This document shows, piece after piece, positions 41,809 to 52,993 of a DNA stretch of 64,000 nt. This DNA is from Schmidtea polychroa (Eukaryota). Positions within the stretch are counted from its first letter, which is position 1; every line of letters starts with the position of its first letter. The position numbers and the translations under genes were made by a program. Location: positions 51,214,001 to 51,278,000 of the forward strand of contig CM097885.1 in NCBI GenBank assembly GCA_044892525.1, given 5' to 3'. Below the pieces are notes generated by a model. That model saw only the letters and a list, made by a program, of their open reading frames with translations, searched no databases and was not told the DNA's origin.

Positions 41809-44070
41809 TAATTTACTTATTTATTCTTTGTTACTTAATTTTACACCATAATTTACTTAACAACCAAATATAACCCTTATTTACATATTTAACCAATAAT
41901 TTCATGTGGTCATTGATTAATTCACAGATATTTGCATCTAAAATTATCTTAAAAAATATTTCAAAAAAATTTAATTTAAAATTTTCAATTCTCAAACGAC
42001 GACTATTATTCTAATTATTTGTTAAATAAATTTAAAAATCTTACTTTAATTTACTTATTACATTAATTTACTTTTATTTTTTCAAATTTTTACTTTAATT
42101 TACTTAATTTAAAAATTTTACTTTAACTTTAAAATTTTACCTGAATTATTGTTAATGGAGAAAAAAACTTCTTTTAGCAATTATTGGCCAAAATGGTAAG
42201 CTTAAAAACATGTTTGATAAAATTAATATATTGTGTGGAGAGATGCAGATGAAGTAAAATATATTAAATAAGGAATCTATAAGGTTTTAAATATTATGTG
42301 CAGAATTACGCACACGGGGTCTGAAGGGGTTCATTTTAAAAAATTAGCCATGAATTTACCTATTTATCCTTAATTTATTTTAATTCAAAAATTTGGGCCA
42401 TAATTTATTTATTTGAACCCATTGATTACTTCAATTAACAAATTTAGACCTTAATTTACTTTAATTCAAAAGTTTGAACATTAATTTACTTTAATTCAAA
42501 AATTTGGACCATCATATACTTATTTGAATTCATTGATTACTTCAATTTACAAATTTTTGACCTTAATTTACTTTAATTTTAAATTTTGAACTTTAATTTA
42601 CTTTAATTCAAAAATTCGGACCATAATTCACTTATTTGAACCCATTGATTACTTCAATTTACAAATTTAGACCTTAATTTAATTGTTGCAGGGAGCTACT
42701 AACTACCTACTTAATAATATTAATGGCACATAACGACAGTTTCCTGGTAGCATTGTCAACTAAATATAAAATAAATAATACATGATAAAATAAACCTTTG
42801 TTGCAAATTTCAAGTATTAATAAAAAAAATAAGGATTTTTGACTATTTCATAGTTAGAAACTCTTATTTTTATTTATCATTTATTTATTATTTTATAACA
42901 TTCATGAATGAGAATATAAATAATGCTTCAAATAACATATGATCTTATAGAAAAGGCGCACATGAACGAATTTGCTTAATTATACACTTGTGTGAAACAA
43001 GCAAAAATAAATAATGAAATTAAAGCTTGGAGAAAGTCTTAATACTAATTAATAAATTTAATAGAATCTCAATGGGTTATAAAAATGGTGGATATCTAGG
43101 AAGCTTTGAATTTTACTACAAAACCAGATTGTTGGCAAATTACGAAATTAAACCTTCCAATGACACCTTTACTTTGTGTTACTTGATGCTTTTTCGTATA
43201 TTTTAAATGAACTTCAAACTAGTGTTTCTGTAAGTTTCAGGCTTGTTAAAATAAATCAAAAATATCCTTTATTCACAAAACTTTATTTCGAAACCCATAA
43301 TATAGAGCGTGCTGAAAATAAGAAAGGCAGATTACCCTTTACCAAATACGTTTTGAAACTTGAAATTCATATTAATTACTCAAAAGATATTGAATGGAGT
43401 ACGAAGTCAAAATTACATAAACTCGATTATAAACTCGATTTATCAGAAAATATATAAAAAAAATAAACTAGTTAACGAAATGATTTTAAAATAATTTAAT
43501 GAAATTATTAATTTTAATTTAACTTTATTGAAAAACAGATTTATATTCAAGTTATTTTAAAAACAAAATTTTGATTACGAATTTGAAAATTAATTTTAAA
43601 AATATAATTTATTCAGATTAATAATAATTATTATTAAATATAATAGTTACAAAAATTTTTTAATAGTATAATTATGCTAAAATATAAAGATTGTTAACTT
43701 GATAAATATGACAAATTTTTAACAGGATATGGAAAAAAATATTAATTTAATGTACATAGTGTCAAATAAAAAATGCTATATAAATATTGCCTGTGTTTTT
43801 CTTGCGTGCAATATTCACCAGATAAACATTTTACTACATGCATATTTACACTTAAATAAAAAATGTATTTTGATGAAAGTGTAATTGAATATTTTATAAC
43901 AAATTTTTATTAAGAAAATTAAATATTTGTTGTAATTGATAAAGTAGAATGTCTTAATAAATAAATAATTTTTGAAAAATATTTTTCTGACCTCAGAATA
44001 TTGTTTGTTTTTATTACTTTCCAACGTTCTTTAGAAATGTATAAATTTTAATCTTTTGTTATTATCATAG

Positions 44071-44696
44071 TGTTGGGCTGAGTCGAAAACGTAATTGTTG
44101 AAAAGTAGGAAAGTAAGAAAGTAGGACGTTAAAGAAAATAAAAATAAAATAAACGAAGTGAAGAATAAAATAGAATAGGATATAAGGAAAACAATAATTA
44201 GGTTATAAGAATTAAAACAAAAAAAAATAAAAATAAGAAAAATTAAAATAGAACAATAAGTTGACGAATAAATGATGTAAAATTCAATAAATATTGAGGC
44301 AATTAAGGAAATAAATAAAAAATATAATAAAAATAAAGAAAAGTAAGGAAAATAACTAAAAAATGGGATAAAGTAAATTAAAATTGAAAATTAGCGGTAC
44401 TCAATTCTGATTGGTCCGCACAAATAAAAATTTACTATATAAACAGGCACTAAAATCATTAAAATTACAGTTAACTCCAAAATTTTATAGGTAAGTGAAG
44501 TTTCTACAGTTTACAGTTAACTCCAAAATTTTATAGACAACAGCGACTTACAGGAATCTATTCAGGAACTAGAAACATTCGCAAATCGACAGTCAATACA
44601 ATCTACTAAGGTATTACCAGGAAATCCAGTTACGAAGTATCGACCAATTTTGAACAACTCTTAATTCCGATTTAGTACATTTTCGACTCAGCCTCA
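44071..44696 (+). mobile_element. LTR-like unit with inverted ends and an internal Pol II promoter
   Basis: TGTTGGGCTGAGTCGAAAACGTA ... TACATTTTCGACTCAGCCTCA. ATTGG 44410-44414, TATATAAA 44436-44443, ACAGTT initiator-like motif near 44467. TGG about 10 nt downstream. No TSD seen. Confidence 0.6.
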
Positions 44697-44892
44697 AATC
44701 TATTTGGTAAGGGACTTACAAATTTTTATTATCGATATTACTTTTATGTCGTAATGTTAACCATATAAAATTAAATTGTAATATTTCTAATGCTTTTCAT
44801 TTGATCCGATATAATTGTAATGCTTAATAAACATATTATTTATAAATGGTCATGTTTTATTTCGAAATGGAATGTTTTAATAACCTTTACAA

Positions 44893-45049
44893 TTTCAACT
44901 TCCTGAGGAACGTGGAGTTGAAACATTTCATATCATGGTGCGAGGGACCTTCGGGTGCTCAGCCGGTGGGTATGAAATGTTTCAATCACGCAGCTGATTC
45001 GGGCCGAAATGTGGGGGCTTCCTCACGGGTCCGTCGCTGAAGGTGCGAC
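44893..45049 (+). ncRNA. Candidate structured RNA element (unassigned)
   Basis: 15-bp perfect stem 44918-44932/44971-44985 capped by cUUCGg, closing helix TGAGGAA/TTCCTCA, downstream GTCGC/GCGAC hairpin. Confidence 0.5.
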
Positions 45050-46762
45050 TAAATTCTATGAAAAGATTGTTCTAGGAAAATGGTAGTCAGACAGTGATTG
45101 AAAGGACAGATGTATAAATGGATGCGTTTTTGACAATTCGCACAGTGATTGAGGGCGACACACTATTGATTCTTAGGATCGTCTTTGTGAACAGTTCTAT
45201 CACCTCGGTTGTTTAAGCAAACCTATACCAATCTTCCTTAAATTCATCTCAAAATTTGTATCATCTCATAGCATACATCACCTGAGGGCATAATCCTACC
45301 AAAATAGTTATTATCACTTTCATTCTCCGGAACTCCGTAAACATAGTCTATCATACCTTTTTCGCACATAATCAATTTTGATAAGTCTGTCAAGAGTGTA
45401 TATTGTAGTGAATCCCAAAAAATTAACTAATTCAAAAAATGTAAAAATACAAAATACCACTAAATTCAATTTAACAAAATTTATTTCCTACAAAGAAAAA
45501 ACAGTTCAATACCATACCTCCCCCATAAATCGAATAGACAATGTCTAAGGCATAATTACGGGAATTTACGAATCCAATGGGTAAAATCCAAATTTTCGGT
45601 GCAGCATAGAGAGGGGTCGAATGTAGTTTCTTCATTACCTTCCATTGATCGTCGAAATATCCAGTAAAAGTCCAATTTTTGATTTTGACGATAAGGGAAA
45701 CTCCATATTGAGAAATAGCAGCAGTAGTAATAGAAAATCTTCATAATCGACCGTACGATGAGGATCAGATAGCATACGAGTAGCGGAATGTTGGTGAAAT
45801 TAACAGCAAACGAGATAAAATCCAAAATTCATTTTGAGTAATGATCGACAACACACAAATTCGTATTGATACGGCAGAGCAAACATACGAGGGTTCGCAT
45901 GACAAATACATACCGCACACAGATATGCATGCAATCGAGAACATTCACATGAGAGAAATGAGCTAATTCTCAAGTAAACATCAACAGCAATGAACTTGAC
46001 CATATGCCATACCGATAGAAATTTCTCATCTCTGCGAGACAATGACAGATAAACGTGTTGAATAGCAACTGGTCTGAGACTATTGCACTCAAGCTATCAT
46101 TTCTCATATATTACTGGGGTAAAGATTTGGTTTAGACTAATTATAAAATAATCATAAGATAATTATAATCATGATTACGATCACAAACAGAAATCTTAAA
46201 TTAGTTATAAATTAATTATATTTTGGATAATCAGAATAATTTAAATTAGGCTTTACAGATAATACTAATAATCTCGTTCAACAGACGGTATAAATAATCA
46301 TATAAATCTTCAATAAATCGCGATAAGTAATACATCGAAGTTTTTATTAAACATCATTATATTATTATTATTCTATTATTTTATTAAATATCATAGATCC
46401 TTAAACCATCACGTATAAAAATGTACGAGTGGGTGACAGGGGGAAGAGTGTTGGGAAGGTCGCTAGCGCCGAGATCGCGTAATTTTTGATCTAAAATGAA
46501 ATTCCGTATTGGTAGGAAAAAATCTTAGGGTTGGTAAAGGTACCCGTTGAAAATGTTGCAGTTAATTCATTTTGCATTCGCCAAGTTAATATTATCCAAT
46601 TAAGTTAAATTTTCTGTAAACCATTTATGCAGTAGAGCCGGATCGTAAAAAGGGTTCTTTTCTTTTTTGTCTGGCAAGTATCCGCGAGTAGCCTGTTAAT
46701 CATGTTCAACTTCTTTTAAGTTTTGCATATTCTCCATCTCAATCATTACCTTTATAGCTAGC

Positions 46763-47509
46763 ATGATGCCAACTGCCAAGCCCGTGTTGCGTCCTTGCTT
46801 CTCCTGCTCGGATAAAAACACAATCATCAAGGATCTGCAGATCCAGATTGGACGATATAAAAAGAAAATAAACGAGTTAGAGGGGACATGGTTTAGTCCC
46901 GCTCAGATGAAAGAAACACAGAAGAAGCTCTACCGTAGCGAGCATTGCCGGGACGCTTTAATCTCCGAAAGCCGTGCCCAAAGGAGCTTAATAAAGGAGC
47001 AGTCCGAAGCACTGCACAAAGTTTACTTCCAGGCAGCGACCACTAGGAAGATAGTAAATATTCCCATCAATGAAGCCGACAATCTCTTTCCGGCACACCA
47101 CGACACTTCAACATCGTCGCCTCCTCCTAAGAAGTCGTGCCGAGAATGTGTAGAGACCCAGCTCTCGCCCAAACAACCCGACATCATTTTTGTGGGAACG
47201 AGTCAAGTGTCACCTGCGATCGCTTCCACCTCCACTGCACTCCCATCTAACTCAACGACATCAAAGCCAAAGCGTCGGCAGTTATCTAGAGCCGAACGCA
47301 AAAGGAAACAGCGGGAGCGAGTAGCCGCTAAGCAGAACACCCAACCAACGGAGCTTATGAACAAAGTCAGCGTCCCTTCGACGACAGTGGACCCAACATC
47401 AGGAATCTCTGGGCGAATTATCTCTGCCGCTGGAGTGACGTGGGAGGAGAATGCCTCCGAGTTTTTCGACTTAGAGGAGTTGCTAGCAGCTACGGACTGG
47501 GAGAAATGA
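46763..47509 (+). CDS. Orphan 248-aa protein: N-terminal CxxC and coiled coil, Ser/Thr/Pro-rich middle, basic NLS-like tract, acidic-hydrophobic C-terminus
   Basis: Uninterrupted GC-richer ORF in very AT-rich DNA, ATG start, AATAAA near 47647. Confidence 0.65.
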   Translation: MMPTAKPVLRPCFSCSDKNTIIKDLQIQIGRYKKKINELEGTWFSPAQMKETQKKLYRSEHCRDALISESRAQRSLIKEQSEALHKVYFQAATTRKIVNIPINEADNLFPAHHDTSTSSPPPKKSCRECVETQLSPKQPDIIFVGTSQVSPAIASTSTALPSNSTTSKPKRRQLSRAERKRKQRERVAAKQNTQPTELMNKVSVPSTTVDPTSGISGRIISAAGVTWEENASEFFDLEELLAATDWEK

Positions 47510-48479
47510 GAATAATTCTCGTGGGATGACTATATCGTTAGTAAAATAATCGAACCAAAAATCATCGTGTTTTCTTCATTGTCTTCTTCCATCTTGATAT
47601 TTTTTGTTGTATATAACTCATCAATGTTGTGTATGTTTGATGCTACAATAAATGATTTAATGTCTCTTCATCATTTCGTTTGTGACGTATTTAGTATGAC
47701 AATAATAGAAGGGTGAATTCATAACTCGGATAAGACGTAAGACCTTCTATCGGCAGTCGAGAGTGGGAAGTCGAGGCCTCAGTGAGGAGTAGTCCTAAGG
47801 TAGGGGTTCACCTGCTTACTGGCGTCTCGCCGGCATGGTACAGTTCCAACGTGGAGCAGTTCACGGGTACCATGTTGGAGGGCAGGTTATGTGGGGCTCT
47901 GCTCATGGTTGACAAAGTAACGATAAGTATAATCGTAATGGACACTCATCTCCTAGGCCAAAAGTGGAATTACTGGTGGTCAACCGAGTAGTGCCCCAGC
48001 AATAGTAATTATCATATTTTTACTAACAATTATAACAATAATAAAATTATGTAGGCCATTTATTAATCGAAAATATTTCAACCTAAAATAAGTCCTGGTA
48101 ACTGCAATATGAAGTATAAGTACATCTTTTTTCCCTCTTCCTCTTTCTCTCTAATTGAATTTTAAAAATCTCTTTCTAGTATTTTAAGAAGATAAGTTTG
48201 ACCACTTTTGGTAAATTTCATCAAGATTGACGCTGTTTATATAGGGCTACAAGTGTTATTAATCATATTTGTCTGTGAACCGTAACAACTACTTTTCTAA
48301 CCTTCCATTTGAAAAAATTAAATAAATTTTAAAACTTTTGCTGCCCTCTCTTGCTAGTACACCTCTCAAGTTCGGGAATTTTATTTTCCTATTTTGATGT
48401 TTATTATCAGCAGCAAGATTTAATTTGTTGAGGTTACTTAAATAATAAAATTAAATAATTATTAAAGTGAATAAAATGT

Positions 48480-49030
48480 GTCGGAAAAATGTTAGAAATA
48501 AGTTGTATGTTGCTCCATAATTTTGAGAAGCAGGAACGAAGGGAAGAAATGAAGCAAATGAAGAGGATTGAAAAATCAAACAATGAAATACGAAAAGGTT
48601 GTTTTAAATTATGAGTTCAAATCAAAAAAGCAAACACAAAAACAAAATTAAAATCGAAATTGCGTTATGATATCTCGACAAATTTTCCGAGATAAAGAAA
48701 ATGGATCACCGATGAATTTGGAGAATAACATTTTTTAGAATTATATATCTCGACGGCTGTCAGAGATAATAATATGCTAGAGCAGATTCAAGAGAATGTG
48801 GGATAAAGGATTTCAAAAAAATAAATACAGACCCTCAAGAAGAAATAAAACGAAATATAAAGTGAATTACAAAATTATCCGAGAAAACATTGTTAGATCT
48901 AAGTAGCTATTAATCGCGAGAATCAAGTAATTTCAAGTTAAAGCTAAAAAAGCAACTAGATTGATTCAATCGATTGTCAAGGCTAAAAATGTAGTAGGAT
49001 ATGAACCCGTCAGATATAGACCAACTGCAT
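48480..49030 (+). pseudogene. Decayed coding-like relic, homologous to 6040-6690 (-)
   Basis: Collinear shared blocks; Lys/Glu-rich reading with stops. Confidence 0.5.
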
Positions 49031-49269
49031 CTCTATAGAAATGATTTAAAGCTAAATTTTCTTTTTGAATACAGATAAATTTAAGATTGGTTTTTGGTGA
49101 CAAAAGTAAGTCAGAGTGGATTCAAATTCATAGGAGTTAAATTTTCAGTGCAAAATTAAGTAGATCACACTTAAAATTAAATAAGTCACATAAAAATATA
49201 TGTTTAAATATATTTTTAAAACGATAAAGTGGGACAAGTTAAATAAGCAGATCATATAAGTAGATAGTT

Positions 49270-49889
49270 AGTGGCCCCCTGCCGCAGTTACCCCGAGGGT
49301 GAGGGGGGGGGGGCGCGGAAAGTTTTTATTGCTTTTTTGATTACTTCATTGTTGCAGTGGGCCACTCATATTTTTTTCAATAGAAATAAAAGGGCATATA
49401 GAAAAAAAGCCAGGATTTCTCTGACTATAGTAAAGGGGTCTCCTTGTTCCTGGGATTTCCAATACAAATATCAGTTTACACTAAAAAAGCATGGATATTT
49501 CCAAATACAATTACGGTGGGTCTCCTTGGTCTTGGGATTTTCAATACAAAATCCGACTATCCATAAAAAGCATGGTAACTTTTTGAATTAAAGTAAATAA
49601 AGGTCTAAAAACTGAATTACAGTAAATAATGGGCTCAGATTTTTGAATTAATGTAACCAATGGTCTAAAAAACTAAAGTAAAGTAAATTATGGCTAAATA
49701 GATCATTTTTTTAATGGAAATTTTAATGGATTAATTTTTTTAAGTCAAAAAAAATTTAAATGGAAATTTTTATGAAATAAAAAAGAAAATACAAATTTTA
49801 GTGAAATAATTTTCAAAGGCAAACGGAAATACAATTTTTAATGAACTAATTTTTAAAGATAAATTTAAATGTAAATTTCAATGATGATC

Positions 49890-49938
<49 letters not shown>
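49270..49938 (+). repeat. Partial arm of the foldback-like family ending in (AAT)n
   Basis: TTTCTCTGACTATAGT and CTGGGATTTTCAATACAAA-like modules shared with 58880-59060 and inverted at 63240-63610. Confidence 0.8.
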
Positions 49939-49939
<1 letters not shown>

Positions 49940-50514
49940 GTGATGATTTCTTGGTAGCACCATTTATTATTTAAAACAATAAAATGATAATTTAAGCCTT
50001 TTGATGCAAATAAAAGTTTTCAATTATAAGATAGTCCTTTTCAAGGAGAGTGAGTAAGCGAAATATCATCAAGTATCATCAATCTCATCATCTCAATCAT
50101 CTCATCAATCTCAAAAATATCATGTGCGAGATCACAAATGTCAATGTTAATATTAATTTTGTCTGTCCGCGAGTTTGGTTGATTGGGATGAGTAATTATG
50201 AGTCTAATTTATGTGACTATTTAGATTTTTATCTCTTCATATGAGCATTCCAAGCTTGGAAAAAGCTGAGGAAAATTTTGTTAAAAGGTTTCTTCGAAAG
50301 TGCTGATTTAAACAATAAATATTTAGCTTGAATAAAATATAATAAATGTTTCATAACCATATAAAATTTTGTAGAATAATAATACTAAATTTACAAAATC
50401 TACAAAATATACATACGAAAACAAAAAGCCACTTTATTTTAAATTAATTAAATTAAATTTATTTTTACAAACAATATTTGAACAACGTTTAAATTGCTGT
50501 TATTTTATACTTCA

Positions 50515-51222
50515 TTATATTTGGATTTGACTAAAATATAATGAAAGAAATGTTTTAAGTCTCGGAACTGATTTAGCAATGTATTTCATGTCTGTTTCTT
50601 CAAGATCGTATCCTTTTGGTATATTTGGTAAATCCTTCAAGGGGAACCATCCAATATATTGAATTTCATTATGAACATTTGGTTGCATATAAATGTTCAT
50701 GTCAATATTTGGTATAATAAAATATCTATTATTCATTCCGTATTGAGGTAAATCGAAATAAAGCGATTCGTCTATATAATTTGTAATGTCTATTCCAATT
50801 TCTTCATAGGTTTCTCTGATTGCAGCTTCAACTAGAGATGTGTCATTTTCATCTATTTTACCACCTGGAAATATTAAAGACTGGTTAAAAACTCCTTTTG
50901 TTAACACAACATTTGTTAATGTTTGATCAAGTAAAATAACCTTGATTCGAGGAACAAATTGACAACTGTTTTTCCATTTATCAAATTCTTTATTGATATT
51001 TATTGTTTTAGGTAAAATTTCCAAAAGATGAGTTTTGATTTTGTTTAAAAAGTTTTTCATACCGAATTTGGACGGTGTCGGAGAATGTTTTGTTCGATCC
51101 AAATAATACCAATACATTTTTTCAATCTGTATAAAGCACTTTCTCATATCAGTACAATATTGAGTCACGTCTGTAAAGAATCTTACAAATAAATCTTCAA
51201 TATATTCTTCGCTGATTTCCAT
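50515..51222 (-). CDS. DCP2: Compact Dcp2-like mRNA decapping enzyme (Box A + Nudix), 235 aa, intronless
   Basis: Box A-like IEDLFVRF...CFIQIEKMYWYYLD, Nudix box FPGGKIDENDTSLVEAAIRETYEEIG, downstream NEIQYIGWFPLKDLP. Confidence 0.88.
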   Translation of the reverse strand: MEISEEYIEDLFVRFFTDVTQYCTDMRKCFIQIEKMYWYYLDRTKHSPTPSKFGMKNFLNKIKTHLLEILPKTININKEFDKWKNSCQFVPRIKVILLDQTLTNVVLTKGVFNQSLIFPGGKIDENDTSLVEAAIRETYEEIGIDITNYIDESLYFDLPQYGMNNRYFIIPNIDMNIYMQPNVHNEIQYIGWFPLKDLPNIPKGYDLEETDMKYIAKSVPRLKTFLSLYFSQIQI

Positions 51223-52993
51223 TTTAATTTTTACTTAATTTTTAATTTTACTTATTTAAATAAATTCTATTTTTATAAACATATATTTTATTTTTACGAC
51301 TTTTCATTGGATGCAAATAAAAATTGATTTATAAAATAATAAATAAATAATTATTTATGTATTTTTTAATGTTCAGTAACCATATTTTTTGCAATATATT
51401 TTGCCATATAATTTACCTTATCTGTAACTGTTGCGATAAGAGACACATTTCTTATACAAATTTCAAAATCAATATTTATTTTTAATATAATTAATTATTA
51501 ACGAAAAATACATTTTTTTAATAATATAAATAGAGATCTAATGTTAAAATACAAATAAAATTGACTCAAACTAAAATAACCACATCAAACAATTTTTTAA
51601 ACGAATTACCAAATATTCCAAAAACTTTGGATTAAAATGAAAAATTATAAGATTTATGGTTTTATGATTTTTTTATGATTTTAAAAAATTTAAAAAGATT
51701 ATAAAAAAAAATTTTAACTTTTTAAGTTTCTAACTTTTTTTGTTTCTATACCAAATTGAAATAAATTTTTATTTTAAATATATTTTTAATATAAATTTTA
51801 AAAATTAAAATATTTAATAAAGTATTTAAATTTAAGTTTTAATGTTAATAGAAATTAATCTTTTTAATAAAGATAATATTTTTTGGTGGATTACAAAATT
51901 CGGTCAACTTTGAATTATTGAAAATTTTAATGAAGGATTGTTGAAAAAAATTTTAAAAATTAAAAATTAAATTAGTTACTTAAATTCACATTTTAAATTT
52001 TTCTTTCAACAGAAAAATGGGATGATTATTAAATAGATGTGGTTCACTCAGCTTAGATCATTATAAAGATAAATAATTCTAAAGCACAAAACAGAACAAA
52101 AATAAAAATAATTTCACTGATAAAACTCGTTTGAATTCAATTTCTTTATTTAATGTTGTCAAGAGTCTTTAATTCTCAAAAACATTTCCAACTTGTTTAT
52201 TATATTTTTTTTGTTTTATGATCATAATGTTCGTAATTATGATAATAATGATAATAATTATATTCATAATAAATATAATAAAACAATTAAAAATGACATA
52301 GCATTTTTAACTAAAATTAATTTATTTTATTATTTAAATTAAACGAGAAAAAGACAAAAATGTTTTCTTATTTTATAAACCAAAAATGAAGTAAATTTTG
52401 GGTATGATAATGTTTTTGTATGTAATTAAGTGAAATAATTATGTGTGTAATCTGTATCAATAATAATATAATAACTAATGATACTCCATTTTCTATATAA
52501 TTTTCAATTCGAAGCACTGTAAATATAAATAGTCCAATTATTAATTAGTCCCAATTGTATATTCCGATAGAATTTTCATAAATATAGAATACAATATCGG
52601 CTTTAAACAGTAAAAATAAAAGTATATTAATTTAAAAGATTATTTTAAAAGATTAAAATTACAAAAAATATTGCTTAGACTTAAATTATATTCTGTTCAT
52701 GAAATAATTGAAACTATTAATATCATTGCTATAAAATTTCTTCGTGAAATTCTATCTCATTTAAAAATATTAAATTTCACCTTTTTTTAAAAATCGAATA
52801 AATTAAAAGATTTTTAATTTTTTTATTTTTATTAGTCATTTTTAAAATATTCAACATATACTGAAAATATTTTAAAAATGATTTTTAATTCATTTTATTA
52901 AAAAATTTTATCCAATAATAACTAACAAAATTATAATTTATTTTCATTATTTATCATAGAATTTTAGAGAAATAATTATATTATAATAATAAA

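Larger units (their letters stand above)
37640..42700 (-). mobile_element. Modular foldback-like repeat family, copy 1 (inverted relative to 58880-63650)
   Basis: 39545-40870 is the reverse complement of ~61060-62469. 41250-42680 matches the AAAGTAAATTA-subrepeat arm. The arm motif GTTACGTAATTGTTGC..AGCTA.ACTTATTTTTTCTGGGA occurs at 37647. Confidence 0.65.

Noticed and set aside
44991..45012. CTGA...GAAA as a hammerhead core
   Set aside because: Reads CTGATTC rather than CTGANGA, and no suitable helix III or UH site.
44904..45025. RNase P/MRP or SRP RNA assignment for the structured element
   Set aside because: The conserved GAAAGUC(C) pseudoknot strand and SRP motifs are absent, and it is too short.
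44071..46449. 44071 and 46449 as the paired LTRs of one element
   Set aside because: They share only TGTTGGG and diverge immediately afterwards.
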